Shown here piece by piece: positions 24,253 to 37,476 of a DNA stretch of 64,000 nt. This DNA is from Octopus sinensis. Taxonomy: Eukaryota. Where the stretch lies: positions 107,508,001-107,572,000 of the forward strand of contig NC_043001.1 of the NCBI RefSeq assembly GCF_006345805.1, in the 5' to 3' direction. The position numbers and the translations under genes were made by a program. Position 1 is the stretch's first letter. Every line of letters begins with the position of its first letter. The notes beneath the pieces are model-generated. The model had not been told where the DNA came from and made no database searches. It saw only the letters and a program-made list of their open reading frames with translations.

Positions 24253-27200
24253 TTAGGGTCCCGGATACTGGAAACTAAACGCGTCTTTCCCATCGAGACA
24301 GGTTTTCAGAGACCGGATTAGCACACTAGTAAAGAGGGCTTTGACGGGAGCCATCATCAACAACAAATGGTGGTTTGCCCTCAAGAGAGCAGTAAAAGCA
24401 GAAGCGATTAGGTACAGCAAAGCACTAGCCATAGATAGAAATAGAGTAGAGGGTGAGCTAGTTAAGAAGCTAGAAGAGGCAATTAGAAGCAGCATCGCAT
24501 CCGACGTTTTGGCGGCGAGGTTGGCCCTCGACCAACACTTCAACGCCAAACACGAAGGATGTGCTGTCAGAGCTAGGATGCGTGCTCTAAGGAACGAAGG
24601 TGTTGGAGCCGCGAGAGAGGCCCGGGTGGCAGAGGCGCAACAGGGCAACAAAGCCACCATTCGGTCCATGGTAGATGAACAGGGGCGCGAATTGCTCGAG
24701 CCAAGTAAAATGTGTGAGGCCTTTCAGCAGCATTTTGCCCGACTGTTCGGAACGAGTGGAGGGCAAGAACGTAGGGTGGACTTCAGTGCCTACCTACATA
24801 GCCTAACACGACTCTCGACAAGAAAGGCAGGGTGCTGCGAAGGTGCCATCACGGCGGCGGAAGTGCAGGAAGCGATGGCAGAATGCTCGGGGGACAAATC
24901 ACCGGGTTTGGATGGTCTACCCTACGAGCTTTACAATTGTATGCCAGACTGTTTGGAGATCTCTTGGCGGCGGTGTACTGCAACTGGCAGCAAAACGGGA
25001 GCATTCCTGGTTTTGTGAGCCGAGGAGCCGTAACACTGCTGAAGAAAGATCTAAACAAGGGAAATGTAATAGATAACTTTAGGCCCATCACTCTGCTTAA
25101 TGCAGACTTGAAAATTTTGGCCAAGGTGCTAGCCAAGAGGTTGGCGCTTGTCATCGAGAAACTGGTCGACAGGGCGCAAACATGCGCCGTGCCAGGCCGG
25201 ACCATCCATGACAACCTCCACCTGATGCGCTACATCATAGACAGGGTAGTTAACGAACCTGGCATGGGTGGGGCGCTGATCAATTTGGATCAATCGAAAG
25301 CTTTCGAAAGGGTGGACCATCGATACTTGGAGGCGGTCCTCGGAGCGGCTGGCTTCGGTCCCGTCTTCCGCGGCTGGATAGCCGCTTTGTACAGAGGCAT
25401 CCGTTCGGTAATTCGCGTGAATGGACATCTATCGAGACCCTTCGACATCGCACGTTCGGTCCGTCAGGGATGCCCCCTCTCGTCGCTTCTATACGTATTG
25501 ACTCTCGAGCCATTATTGCGGAAGCTGGCAACCTTGAGATGCATCCCGCGAGAACTGGGATGCGGGACGAGCGTGTCTGCATACGCGGACGACGTCACCG
25601 TCATAGTGTCTAGCGACGAGCACATCGAGCAGGTCGGCGAGACACTGAAAAACTACGAAGCGGTGACAGGAGCGAAAATCAACCGGGAAAAGTCAGTGGG
25701 CTTGCGACTAGGTACCTGGAGAAGCAAGCCCATGCCGTCCACCAGCGCCTCCGTCGGGACGCTGGACCGAGGCCCGGTTGAGTTGCTCGGGGTCTGGTTT
25801 GGTCCGGACCTCCAAGTGGAGAAGAACTGGAACGAGATAACGAGTAGGTGGTGGTCACTCTCGCCCGGCAATGGGCCGAGAGGAAACTGTCCCTAAAAGG
25901 TCGGGCGGAGGTGGCGAACACGTACATCGCGTCCGTCATCTACTACCGCCTGACCGTCGTACCTTGTCCCGACCCTACCATCACCAAACTACAACGCATT
26001 CTCTTTCGCTTCTTGTGGAAAGGATGCGTCCCGATGGTCAGGCGATCCATTTGCTGTCAACACCCGTTAAAAGGAGGGCTGGGCATGCCGTGGTTGATGA
26101 TGCGCAGACACGCGCTGAGACTGCGACATCTCTGGCTCTATGTAGACGACGGTGAACAGGTGTGGTCGCCGTTTGTGAGGCACGCTTTCCCGCAGCTCGT
26201 CTCCATGACCGAACTGCAGTCGTGGATCAAAAAGAGCCGAAGAAGGGCGAATGGCACCGCGAGTGTCGCGTTGCTCTCAAGCAACTCTGCCGTCCTGGGT
26301 CGCCTTGAGTGACTTCAACACAACCAAAGCATTCTATAGGGGTTTAGTGGAGGGGAGGTACGACGACGAGCTCGGGGCGAACCTGGACGTCGACGAGGAG
26401 TACCTGACCCGCCTGTTCAGGACGACTTTCGGCCAGGGCCCATGGACAACTTCCAGAGATCCCTGGCCTGACAGTGCTACGAGAAGCGCTACCCGTTCGG
26501 GATAAGCTCTACAGACACGGCTCGAGAAACACGGGCCGACCTGCCCGAGATGCGGTCAGAGCGACGAAACCGTTCTGCACGCACTCGTGCAGTGTCCAAC
26601 AATTTCCGACCTGTGGGCTTGTGTCGAACAACTGCTGTCACGTGTGGGACGAGTCGGTTTATCAGCTAAGTCTATCGTTAATATTGTCACGCCTCCCTCC
26701 TTCAAACGGGAAGGAAGAGCTATTTTCATCATCCTTGTGCTATGGCGAAAGAATGTATCGGTGGACGCGTCTGAAAGGATTGGAGACAAACACTTTCCTC
26801 TCTGGTCAATCTCTCATCAACTTCTTCAAGTACCACTTGAAAAGGAAAGTGAGAGTAGAGAGGCAAGTTTTGTCTAGCGAATGTTTTAAAAAAAGATGGG
26901 TGAATGTAGCAAGAATGGCACGTATGAATGACGAAGCCACCTTGAGCATGATCCTATGAACCCAGAAATTGAAAACAGAGAGTTGCTTATTTGCAAAAAA
27001 AAAAAGAAGAAATATAACATGTGACTCCATTGACCGAGGTTACCGTGGTCTTTTCCGTAGGCTTTTCTTTCCACGGGTAAACCTCACCTGTCCTCCCCTT
27101 TACACTTCATATTGACAATTCTGTGATAACGATCCCTATTGATCATTTTTTTTTTCCTCTCCCCCTTTTTTTTTAACCCCCCTTTTTTTTGTCCTCTTTC

Positions 27201-27338
27201 TCTCCTTTTACGATCCCTTTTGATCGAAACTCCCCCTTCCTTTTTTTTTCTTTTTTTTTTTAAACCTTCAAAAGAAAAGCTCTACCTTGTAATTTGTTCT
27301 ATCTGTGTGCAGCCCTGTGTGGCTAATAAAGAAACATA
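24253..27338 (+). mobile_element. Tx1/L1-type non-LTR retrotransposon, copy B: 5'-truncated ORF2 (post-endonuclease linker, RT, C-terminal CCHC) plus 3' UTR, frameshifted
   Basis: PGYWKLNAS at the 5' end; RT motifs [29 protein letters not shown]; CPRC-x8-H-x4-C at about 26540-26600 across frames; pyrimidine-rich 3' UTR; (TCTA/TCTG)n on both sides. Confidence 0.95.
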
Positions 27339-27342
27339 TCTA

Positions 27343-27373
<31 letters not shown>

Positions 27374-27864
27374 GTCTGTTTGTCAGTCTGTCTATCTATC
27401 TATCTCTTCCTAAATATCTCTCATTTTCTCCACATTTCTCTATACCTTTTTCTCTATCTATCTGTCTGTCAGTCTGTATGTATGTATAGCTGTCTATCTA
27501 TATATCTATTTACACGCGCGTGCGCACACACACGCACACATATATATCTTGATATTGGTTGCTTAAAAGGGTTATACTCCAAACTGTATCCTCGTGACAT
27601 ACATCTCCTCATGTATATATGTCGATGCTTTATTTTAAACGAGTCATCCATGCTTGTTAAATCATAATATTTGCAGAATAAGAATATATTAAAACAAAGA
27701 AATTTTGGCATAGTTTTGATTCCATGTTTACACGAGTTTCGTTACAGTATTGGAAATAAGAATATGAATATCATTATTAATTATAACAGTGGTATATATT
27801 TATAATAGTTATATAGAAACCATATAAAGGATTTCCAAAACTGTGATTCCTCAGACAAGATATA

Positions 27865-28400
27865 CGAGGTCAGATTAATAAGTAACCGGAATGTTGCCAT
27901 AGTAACGAAGTTTAACCTTTTAGCTTACTTGCACCGTTTACATCAGTGCTTGAAAATAACGTGTGTAGCGTGTGGTCGTCACATTGACCATGGCAGAGAA
28001 AGTTATCATGGCGATCCGAGTGGTTCTGACTTCGTCTGCAAGCTAGAACTCACCCTCACGTCTATGAACAGACCCGTAGATTAAATTCAGACGTTTATAT
28101 AAAGCTACTGTGGACTGTGGCCAATCTCTAGCTCGGAAGAATTGTTGCTGGAAGGCCATATGTGTGACAGCATGATTCGGCTCTTTCCCAGGCCTCCGGA
28201 AACAGTCAGACGTGGTTTTCAAAGAATTTCTACGACTTCATCAGCTCCGATTCTCGGCCTCCTAATTCACCCGATTCTACTCCCATGAATTACTATGTGT
28301 GTCTCACACATAGTAATTCACCAACCGTTCTGTCTACAACAGTAAGGCTGAGCTAGTGGCCATTGTCAAGGAGCTGTTCGAAGAGCTCAGGGACACAGTA
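27865..28400 (+). pseudogene. mariner/maT-like transposon relic
   Basis: TA-CGAGG terminus; QHDSALSQASGNSQTWFSKNFYDFISSDSRPPNSPDSTPMNYYV resembles QQDSAP...WPPNSPDLNPLDY. Confidence 0.72.
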
Positions 28401-28827
28401 GAAATATTAAGCATCTGATGTTAATGGTATTTTTTAGGAGTTTCTGTTGATCATTATTCTTTAGGAACCATGTCCAGAATGTAGGACACACGAAATCATG
28501 TCCTACTATAATTCATTGTCTTCTGTAACAGTTCCACTTCCTGATGTTTGATGCCTCTTTCTGCCAACGAATTCGTCAAGCTTGACATCCATATCATCCT
28601 ACTCTTTTCTCTACTTCTTTTCCCTTCAATCCGTCCGATCATCGCTAAATTCTCGTGACCCTCTCGTGACCCTTTTTTCTCACCATTGCAGCCGTTGATT
28701 TAATAGAATTTTATTTATTTACATTTTATTTACATATTTTTTCATCTTCGGTTTCTCTTTTTAATTTAACGTATTTCTATGTATGTATGTATGTATGCAT
28801 GTATGTATGTATGTATCTCTCTCTCTC

Positions 28828-28878
<51 letters not shown>

Positions 28879-30049
28879 TGTGTATGTGTGTGTGTGTGCG
28901 TGTGTGCGTGTATGTGTGTATGCTTGTGCATGTATGCAAGTGATGGCGTATGCTTAGTCTATGTGATGGTGTTTATATGTGTGCATATATTTCTTCAGTG
29001 GATTCTTAGCCCCACATTTCACTATCGTTTTTGCTTTCGTCTTTCCCCAGGTCTAATTTTTCGAGTCTTTAGTTTTCATTTACATTACTCTTTTTTGTTT
29101 CTCCTTTTCATCTTCCTAAGTTGACACATTTTCCAAGTCACCCTTTTCATCTTTAAAATAGTTTTCTGTTTACTGTTTATCTTTCTTAAATGTTTTTCCC
29201 TTTCTGTCTTCCTTCCTTTCTTCTTATTCCAATAACCCTTTTTAATTTTAAGACTCTCCTTTTTTCTTTAATGTTTTTCTCTTTTAACTTATATTTCCCC
29301 ACACACAATTTTCTTTGAATTTATAAACTGACTTGAAGGCTTCAAATATACAGATATTTTTTTTCCGTAAAAAGTCAATGGAAAAAAAATCCACTCTGAC
29401 TATAAATATCGTATCCGCAATGGTCTTCTTTATTCATGCCGTTTTATCCGACGAAACTATCCTGAATGGCTTCCTTTTATAAAGCTGTAGGTACAACATG
29501 ATATGAGGGAGATTTAGTAGTTAGGCTGACATTGTTGCTAACGAGAGCTTCGTAGTTTTGTTTAGCACTAGATTAGCACAGACCATCAAATCTATGATCA
29601 AAGTTGTTCCAACGGCAACCATACAACATGTTAAACACCGATTTTCTGCGCTAATTTATGACCGCGAACTTCAAATTCCCGCGGCCACGAAACTGATTTA
29701 CTGGGCAGCCTTGTTTCACATGTTAAGTATTACTAATTTGTATCATTGATACTAATGTACAGATACTGTAGTTCATTTAATTATTTAAGTAAATATAACA
29801 TTTGTTTAAATTAGAGGTGACCACATCTTGTTCGGAAAAGGATCATTTATCTGGTTAGTGTTTGGGGCCAAAGTTTTAAAGAATGAGTGTTCTACATGCA
29901 TCTTTCATTTTCTTCCCCAATAATATATGTAACTTATGTTTCAAATTCCATCAAAATCGACTTTGTCTTTCACTTTTCGGCATCGATAAAATAAGTACTA
30001 GTTGAGCACTGGGGTCGACGTAATCGACTTCTCTGAGCCAGTCGATTAG

Positions 30050-30390
30050 AATGACCCTAGTACGTAACTGGTACTTAATTTATCGATCACGAAAGGATGA
30101 AAGGCAAAGTCGACCTCGGCCGAATTTGAACTCAGAACGTAACGGCAGACGAAATACCTATTTCTTTACTACGCACAAGGTGCTAAACACAGAGGGGACG
30201 AACTAGGACAGACAAACGGATTAAGTCGATTATATCGACCCCAGTGCGTAACTGGTATTTATTTAATCGACCCCGAAAGGATGAAAGGCGGAGTCGACCT
30301 CGGCGGAATTTGAACTCAGAACGTAACGGCTGACGAAATACGCCTACGGATTTCACCAGGCGTGCTAACGATTCTGCCAGCTCGCCGCCA
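30050..30390 (-). mobile_element. S2 SINE tail-1 (30159-30390) fused to a headless second S2 body (30050-30158)
   Basis: Junction gacgaaatacc|tatttcttta, also seen at 12360 and 41815. Confidence 0.82.
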
Positions 30391-31546
30391 TTTTCATAAT
30401 GGAAACTGTCCATATTTTTGTTGAGTTCTTTCAGCTCTGCAGGCGTTAGTAGCTGTCATATTACAAATACCTTTATCTGAATATATTCTGTAAATGTTTT
30501 AAACGTGTTAACTCCTTTAAGTTTATCCTTGATTTTATTTTGTCAACAGTATTTTGGTTGCTTCATTGTATACGTCCAGTTTAGCAACTGTTACCTTTAT
30601 TCAGAAGACTTACAATCCAAACGTACTGAAGCAGTAGCCATCACAGCAAGTTGTACATCTACACCAGCACTGTTTCATATATATTCTATTACTTTAAGAT
30701 TGTATGTTGTGATTTAAGGGACACGGGTGCTATTTCTACCAGCTCCTGATCGAGCAGTTTACTCCAGCACGCTTTCGTTTTCACGTTCTTAACACCGTTG
30801 AACTGTCTCTTTACTCTAACACCGATATTTTCACCTAGAAAAGCTCACACAGTATCACTAACAGTCGACTCTCTTTGTTCGCACATACATTCTCCGATAA
30901 ATTTTCTTCGCCTTTTGTTTTTACCTCCTTCGCTTTATCACAATTTATTTCTCTCTCTCTCACACTGTCTCGGGCTCTCTGCCTTTTCCCCATCTCTATA
31001 TCAGGCTTGGCATATTTTATAGTTACCACTTGCTTAGTATGCAGAACATGAAAGTTTGTTTAAAATTCAATGTTTCTCTTGTTTTGATTCATTTCTTTTA
31101 AGTTATTCGTGCATTTGTATTATTCTTAAAATTTTCCTCTTATTTTCCCAGCAGCTGTAACTTCACTGTCCCTACATGCATACACATATCCATTTATTCA
31201 TTCTTCCATTCATACACACACACATGCATGTATACATACATACATACATACATACATACATACATACATACATACATACATACATACATACATACATACA
31301 TACACATAATACATATGTACATACATATGTAGATGCATAAACACATACGTATTGGGGGACCGTGTGCGTGTGTGCCTGTGTATATCTGTGCCAGTGTGTG
31401 TGTGTGTGAGTGTGTACGTGCGTATGGCTGTGTGTGTTCGTGTGTGTCTGCCTGTGTGCGTACATGTGGGTGCGTGTTTGTGCGTGTGTGTGTTTGTAGT
31501 GTGTGTGTGCATGTGTGTCTTGAACAAGTAACGGAAGGATCTATCC

Positions 31547-31579
<33 letters not shown>

Positions 31580-31912
31580 TCTATCTATCTATATTTTAAT
31601 ATATCACCTTCTGTATGTATATATATATATATATATACAAGCAAACCAAACATGATTCTTATTGAACTCATAATACTTTTTGTAGTCCCGTTATGAATAC
31701 TTTCTTAAATACTTTCTTGTAAACTGTTTTTAACATGTTCTTATTATTATTATCAAAGAATGTATAACTGTATTCTAATACTTTTGTGACAACTAGCACT
31801 TAACACAACAAAGTTTATACAAAGCTTTACATTTTACTTTTGACAACCTTTTCCCAAAGAGTGAAACTGGTCAAGTTAATAAACATTTTTAAAATTGCTT
31901 TTACGAACCTTC

Positions 31913-31943
<31 letters not shown>

Positions 31944-31944
31944 C

Positions 31945-32345
31945 AGGAGTGGCTGTGTGGTAAGTGGCTTGTTTACCAACCACATGGTTCCGGGTTCAGT
32001 CCCACTGGTGGCACCTTGGGTAAGTGTCTTCTACTATAGCCTCGGGCTGACCAATACCTTGTGAGTGGATTTGGTAGACGGAAACTGAAAGAAGCCCGTC
32101 GTACATATGTATATATGTGCGTGTGTGTGTTTGTGTGTCTGTTTGTCCCCCTAGCATTGCTTGACAACCGATGCTGGTGTGTTTATGTCCCCGTTACTTA
32201 GCGGTTCGGCAAAAGAGACCGATAGAATAAGTACTGGGCTTACAAAAGAATAAGTGCCGGGGTCGAGTTGCCCGATTAAAGGCGGTGCTCCAGCATGGCC
32301 GCAGTCAAATGACTGAACAAGTAAAAGAGTAAAAGGGTAAAGAGT
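31945..32345 (+). mobile_element. S1 SINE, full length
   Basis: Complete head, core, internal TA/TG tract and tail ggcggtgctccagcatggccgcagtcaaatgactgaacaagtaaaagag. Confidence 0.9.
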
Positions 32346-32699
32346 ATATATATATGCATATCATGATTAATAACATAACTTTAAGAATTATTTATCGACT
32401 GAAAAGTTTGTATCAATCGCAAACACTCTATATATTTGTAAATATGTAACAAGGATGCCCAGGTATCAATACGTTATGGCCGTATTGATATAGTCGATCA
32501 ATGAAAGCATTACATCAATTTGAAAGAAACAGCTCTCCCCAGACGTAGATGATCATATAGATTTCCAACATAAAGGATAAATCATTTAAAAATTCATGTC
32601 AATACTAGAAACCAAAATAATTTACATTGTTTCCTTATGTTTTATCTGTGGCAGAATGAGTTTAGAAATAGGAATGTAATTTTTAGCAGCTCTACGTCT

Positions 32700-33110
32700 A
32701 CATTTATGGAGAGGTCATACGATACCTTCTTCCAACAGTTTCGGACGTTTTCCACATGCAAAGAAACTCTGCAAAAGTATCTGCAGTGGTTTTACGAGAG
32801 TTTTCTTGCATGTTTTTGAGAGAACCACCGGAAAACGATCTGGGTCCGCTGCTGAGTTTGAGTTGATCTCATCAGTAACCTATATTACATCTTTCTCTTT
32901 TATGTTGATGTAAACGATGGTTTCCTTTCTTCCATGTAGGTCTGCAGTGTTGAAAAACGCCTTCGGTTCGCCCACTTGCCTATTTCCCAGCGAGCAGAGA
33001 GGTGAAGACACTCTGGAATTCTTTAATTAGTACTTCACTTATGCTCGTCGGGTCTGCTGCCAGCGAGTCGTCTTCTTCAGACAGTAGCTATATCTTGTAG
33101 TGCTTTTGAG
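32700..33110 (-). pseudogene. CR1-group LINE linker/pre-RT fragment, degenerate
   Basis: DPTSISEVLIKEFQSVFTS...NSNSAADPDRFPVVLSKTCKKTLVKPLQILL aligns with 36080-36400. Confidence 0.75.
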
Positions 33111-33144
33111 ACAGACCCTTTCGCGAAGTTATATATATATATGT

Positions 33145-33375
33145 AGGCGAGCTGGAAGAAACGTTAGCACGCCGGGCGAAATTCGTAGCCGTATTTCGTC
33201 TGTCGTTGCGTTCCGGGTTCAAATTCCGCCGAGGTCGACTTTGCCTTTCATCCTTTCGGGGTCGATAAATTAAGTACCAGTTACGCACTGGGGTCGATGT
33301 AATCGACTTAATCCGTTTGTCTGTCCTTGTTTGTCCCCTCTTTGTTTAGCCCCTTGTGGGTAGTAAAAAAAAAAA
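33145..33375 (+). mobile_element. S2 SINE, tail-1, full length
   Basis: ggcgagctggaagaaacgttagcacgccgggcg...agccccttgtgggtagtaaaa. Confidence 0.88.
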
Positions 33376-33537
33376 TATATATGTATATATAACGGGGTTC
33401 TTTCAGTTTCTGTCTACCAAACCCACTCACAACGCATTGATCTGCCCGAGGCTATATTAGAAAGCAGTTGCCCAAGGTGCCTCGCAGCGAAACTGAACCC
33501 GAAACCAGGCTACTTACCACACAGACACGCCTGGGCC

Positions 33538-33573
<36 letters not shown>

Positions 33574-33633
33574 TGTATGTATGTATGTATGTATGTATGT
33601 ATGTATGTATGTATGTATGTGTATGTATGTATG

Positions 33634-33664
<31 letters not shown>

Positions 33665-33940
33665 CTGTGTGTGTGTGATGTGTGTGTATGTGTGTGTGTG
33701 TGTGTGTGTAAATACATCATTAATTAGTTTGGGATCATACACAGTTCTACAATGTTGTGGTCTAAAAAGATTGTCGGTGTTATCTTCACGTTGCGGATAA
33801 GACCTACATTGTCGGTGAAACTGAAAAGAAATACAGAGAGAAAAAGAATGATCGATTAAAGCAAGAGTGGCAAATACAAATCAATGTTTATATATATATA
33901 TATATACCTACAGTATATATGTATGTATGTATGTATGTAT

Positions 33941-33986
<46 letters not shown>

Positions 33987-34025
33987 GTATATAGACACCT
34001 ATATATGTATATATATATAATGGAT

Positions 34026-34079
<54 letters not shown>

Positions 34080-34455
34080 CAGTGGATTACTCTGTGTTGA
34101 ACACTCAATAGATGGGTGGACACAGGGATTCGTATATGTGTTATCACAGTCTGAATATCTATAATTGCATCTAACGGACATAACTCATCATGTTTTAGAT
34201 TTTTGTTCTATTATATGTTGACATATTGTCATCAGCGTCCATTACAATTCTCTATTTGGTTGACAGGTTCAAAACTTATAAAGAAAAATGCGCTGAAGTA
34301 TATCTTGATGTCAATTCTTACCAGTTAAACTAATGAAAAATATTTTTCTTTTCGTAAGTATTAAGTGTGGCAAGTATCACACACATACATACGTGAGCGC
34401 AGAGTGACAGACACAAACTCACGCACAAACACATAGACACACATACACTTTATAC

Positions 34456-34488
<33 letters not shown>

Positions 34489-34590
34489 ATATATATGTAT
34501 GTATATATATATATATGTATGTATGTATGTATGTTATATATATTATATATATGTATGTATGTATATATATATATATATAATATGTATGAG

Positions 34591-34650
<60 letters not shown>

Positions 34651-34664
34651 ATATGTTTGTATGT

Positions 34665-34748
<84 letters not shown>

Positions 34749-34807
34749 ATATGTATGTATGTATATATATATATATATGTATGTATTGTATTATATATAT
34801 ATATTAA

Positions 34808-34849
<42 letters not shown>

Positions 34850-34924
34850 AATATATATGTATGTATATATAAATATACATATTTTGTGCGTATCTATATA
34901 TATTCTGCTGAATGTCAGAGGTCT

Positions 34925-37476
34925 GGTGAAACCCACTAATATGGGTAAAATTCCTTACTTAGGGACTTGAGCACAAGCAACCATGCAATATGCATAGCGC
35001 TGACTGAAACGCACCTGTCAAGCAGTATAGCAGATGCAGAAATACACATACCGAAGTATACTGTTTTTCGGTCGGACAGGAAGGAAAGAACTCATGGTGG
35101 GGTTGCCCTGTACGTCCGTGAAGATGTCACACCCATAGTACTGTTGACACACTCAAACTCAGTCTGTGACACACTGATAGTACACATGAAACACCGAAAA
35201 TAGTAATATGTGTCACATATCGGCCACCAGACACCCCCAGTCATGAAGGAGTGTTTGAAGATAGCCTCAGAAGAATAGAAGAAGTCCTGGACAAACTGGA
35301 CCAGGGTAACACCATTCTACTGCTGGGAGATTTTAACCTTCCGAAAGTCAAATGGCCAGATGGCCATCTCCTCCCTGGAATGACATCACTTGAACAGAGA
35401 CAGACAGAGTCCTTGTTGGCTCTCACACGCAAGTTTTTCATGGAGCAAGCAGTGCTTGGCCAACAAGAGGTGTGAATGTCTTGGACCTCTGTTTCACAAG
35501 CAACCCGATGCTCATCCACAACATAATGGTAACACCAACAATTCTCTCAGAACCACAACTTAGTAGAGGTAATGATATATGGTATGAGAGAGTTAGTTGA
35601 GACGCAGCCATTAGAAAATACCACAGGCCTATCCAGTTTAAACTTCCATAAGGCAAACTGGAAGAAGATCAACGAAGAGATCCGAAAACATGACTGGAGT
35701 AACTTCATCACCACACAAGACACCAACACACATTTCCAACATTTCATGACAACAATACAGAACATATGCCATAAGTTTGTCCCGGAGAAAAAAGCCAGCG
35801 GGCATAGGAACGTTATTCCCAGAGACAGGAAAATACTTATGAGGCGAAAAGCTAAGCTCTCGAAGCAACTGAATGCACGGCAGAGAAACAATGAGGGACT
35901 CCACCTGAAACTTTTTGAAACGGAAACTGCACTCAAACTTTCCTATGAGAAGGAGAGGGCAGAGAGAGAAGCCAGGGCCATAGAGAATATTAAAACAAAC
36001 CCTAAGCCTTCTTTAAATTTGCGAAAGAAACCACCTCGGTACACTGCAAGATTGGCCCACTCTTTGATAAAAAGGGCTCTCTAACTGAGGACCCCCAAGG
36101 GATAAGTGAAATACTAAAGGAACAGTATAAAAGTGTGTTCACATCCCCTCTGGGGCACATGCAAATCACAAACCCAGAATTTTTCTTTGATGCCACAACA
36201 CTCCAAAACCAAACAACAACCATCGACCACATAGAAATAACAGAGAGGGATGTAATATCTGCTATAGAAGAAATGAGAATAAACTCAGCTGCTGGACCAG
36301 ATGGATTCCCAGCAGTCCTCCTAAAAACATGCAGGCATGCCCTAGCGGGACCACTGAAGAAGCTCTTCAGTGGTTCCTTGGCTAACGGTAAACTGCCCAG
36401 GGCGCTAAAAGAAGGCACCATATGCCCTATCCACAAAGGAGGGAGTAGAGCAGAGGCCAAAAACTACAGGCCAGTCTCCCTGACGTCACACATAAGTAAG
36501 GTCATGGAACGAATCATCAGAAAAAAACTGATCACGTTCCTCGAAGAAACTAACCGTCTCACTGACACACAGCATGGCTTTCGCCCAGGAAGAAGCTGCC
36601 TTACGCAGCTATCACACTACGACTGGGTACTGAAACAACTACTGGATTGCTCACAGGTGGATGTGGTATATCTCGACTTTGCGAAGGCCTTTGACAAAGT
36701 CGACCACGGAGTGATATGTCACAAATTACTCAGACTCGGCATAACAGGAAAAGTAGGTGAGTGGATACATGACTTCCTGAAGGACAGAAGCCAGATGGTT
36801 GCAGCCAATGGAGCCCTCTCGGGAAAGACACCAATAGCAAGCGGGGTGCCACAGGGCACAGTCTTGGGACCCTTGCTGTTTTTGGTGGCGCTCTCTGACA
36901 TGCCCTTGGTAGCACAAACAACATCCCTCACTAGCTATGCTGATGACACAAAGGTAGCACAGGCAATCAAAAACCCAGCTGATGCTGACCTTTTACAAGA
37001 TCTGCATGCCATATACAAATGGGCTGAAGACAACAACATGCAATTTAATGCTGGTAAATTTCAAGCCTTACAATATCAAGCTGTAAACACATATACATTA
37101 CAACACAACTATACTGGTCCAGGAGGGATCGAAATCCCAGTATCGAAATCAATACAGGACCTGGGGATAGACATGAGTGACGATGCATCTTTTTCTTCAC
37201 ACATCGCGAAGGTGGCGACAATGTGCAGACGACTCACTGGCTGGATCCTGAGGACATTCCGGACAAGAGACTGCGAGACCATGTTGACACTATGGAGGAC
37301 ATTTGTCCTAAGCCGCCTGGACTACTGCTCCCAACTGTGGTCACCGCATAGTGTCAAACTAACCACAGAGCTTGAGACAATCCAAAGACATTTCACCAAG
37401 AGGATTTCCACCATGAAAGAAAAGAACTATTGGGAGAGGCTTAGGGAACTCAATTTGTACTCCTTGGAACGAAGAC
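34925..37476 (+). mobile_element. CR1-group LINE ORF2 (APE endonuclease + RT), several frameshifts, 3' end missing
   Basis: IALTETHL, FRSDR...GGVALYV and LLGDFNLP APE motifs; [34 protein letters not shown] and YADD RT motifs in the 482-aa ORF 36135-37583. Confidence 0.95.

Noticed and set aside
23919-27338. Identical 34-bp sequences at both ends read as LTRs
   Set aside because: No TG...CA ends, PBS or PPT; the RT is non-LTR type; the upstream copy is separated from the element by 300 bp of microsatellite.
28400-28640. Possible RTE-like 3' end on the minus strand
   Set aside because: Too degenerate to confirm motifs by eye.
30614-30669. Minus-strand 56-nt exon candidate ending in gtaagt (AGVDVQLAVMATASVRLD, or a Cys-rich alternative frame)
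   Set aside because: Weak acceptor, ambiguous frame, no homology recognised.
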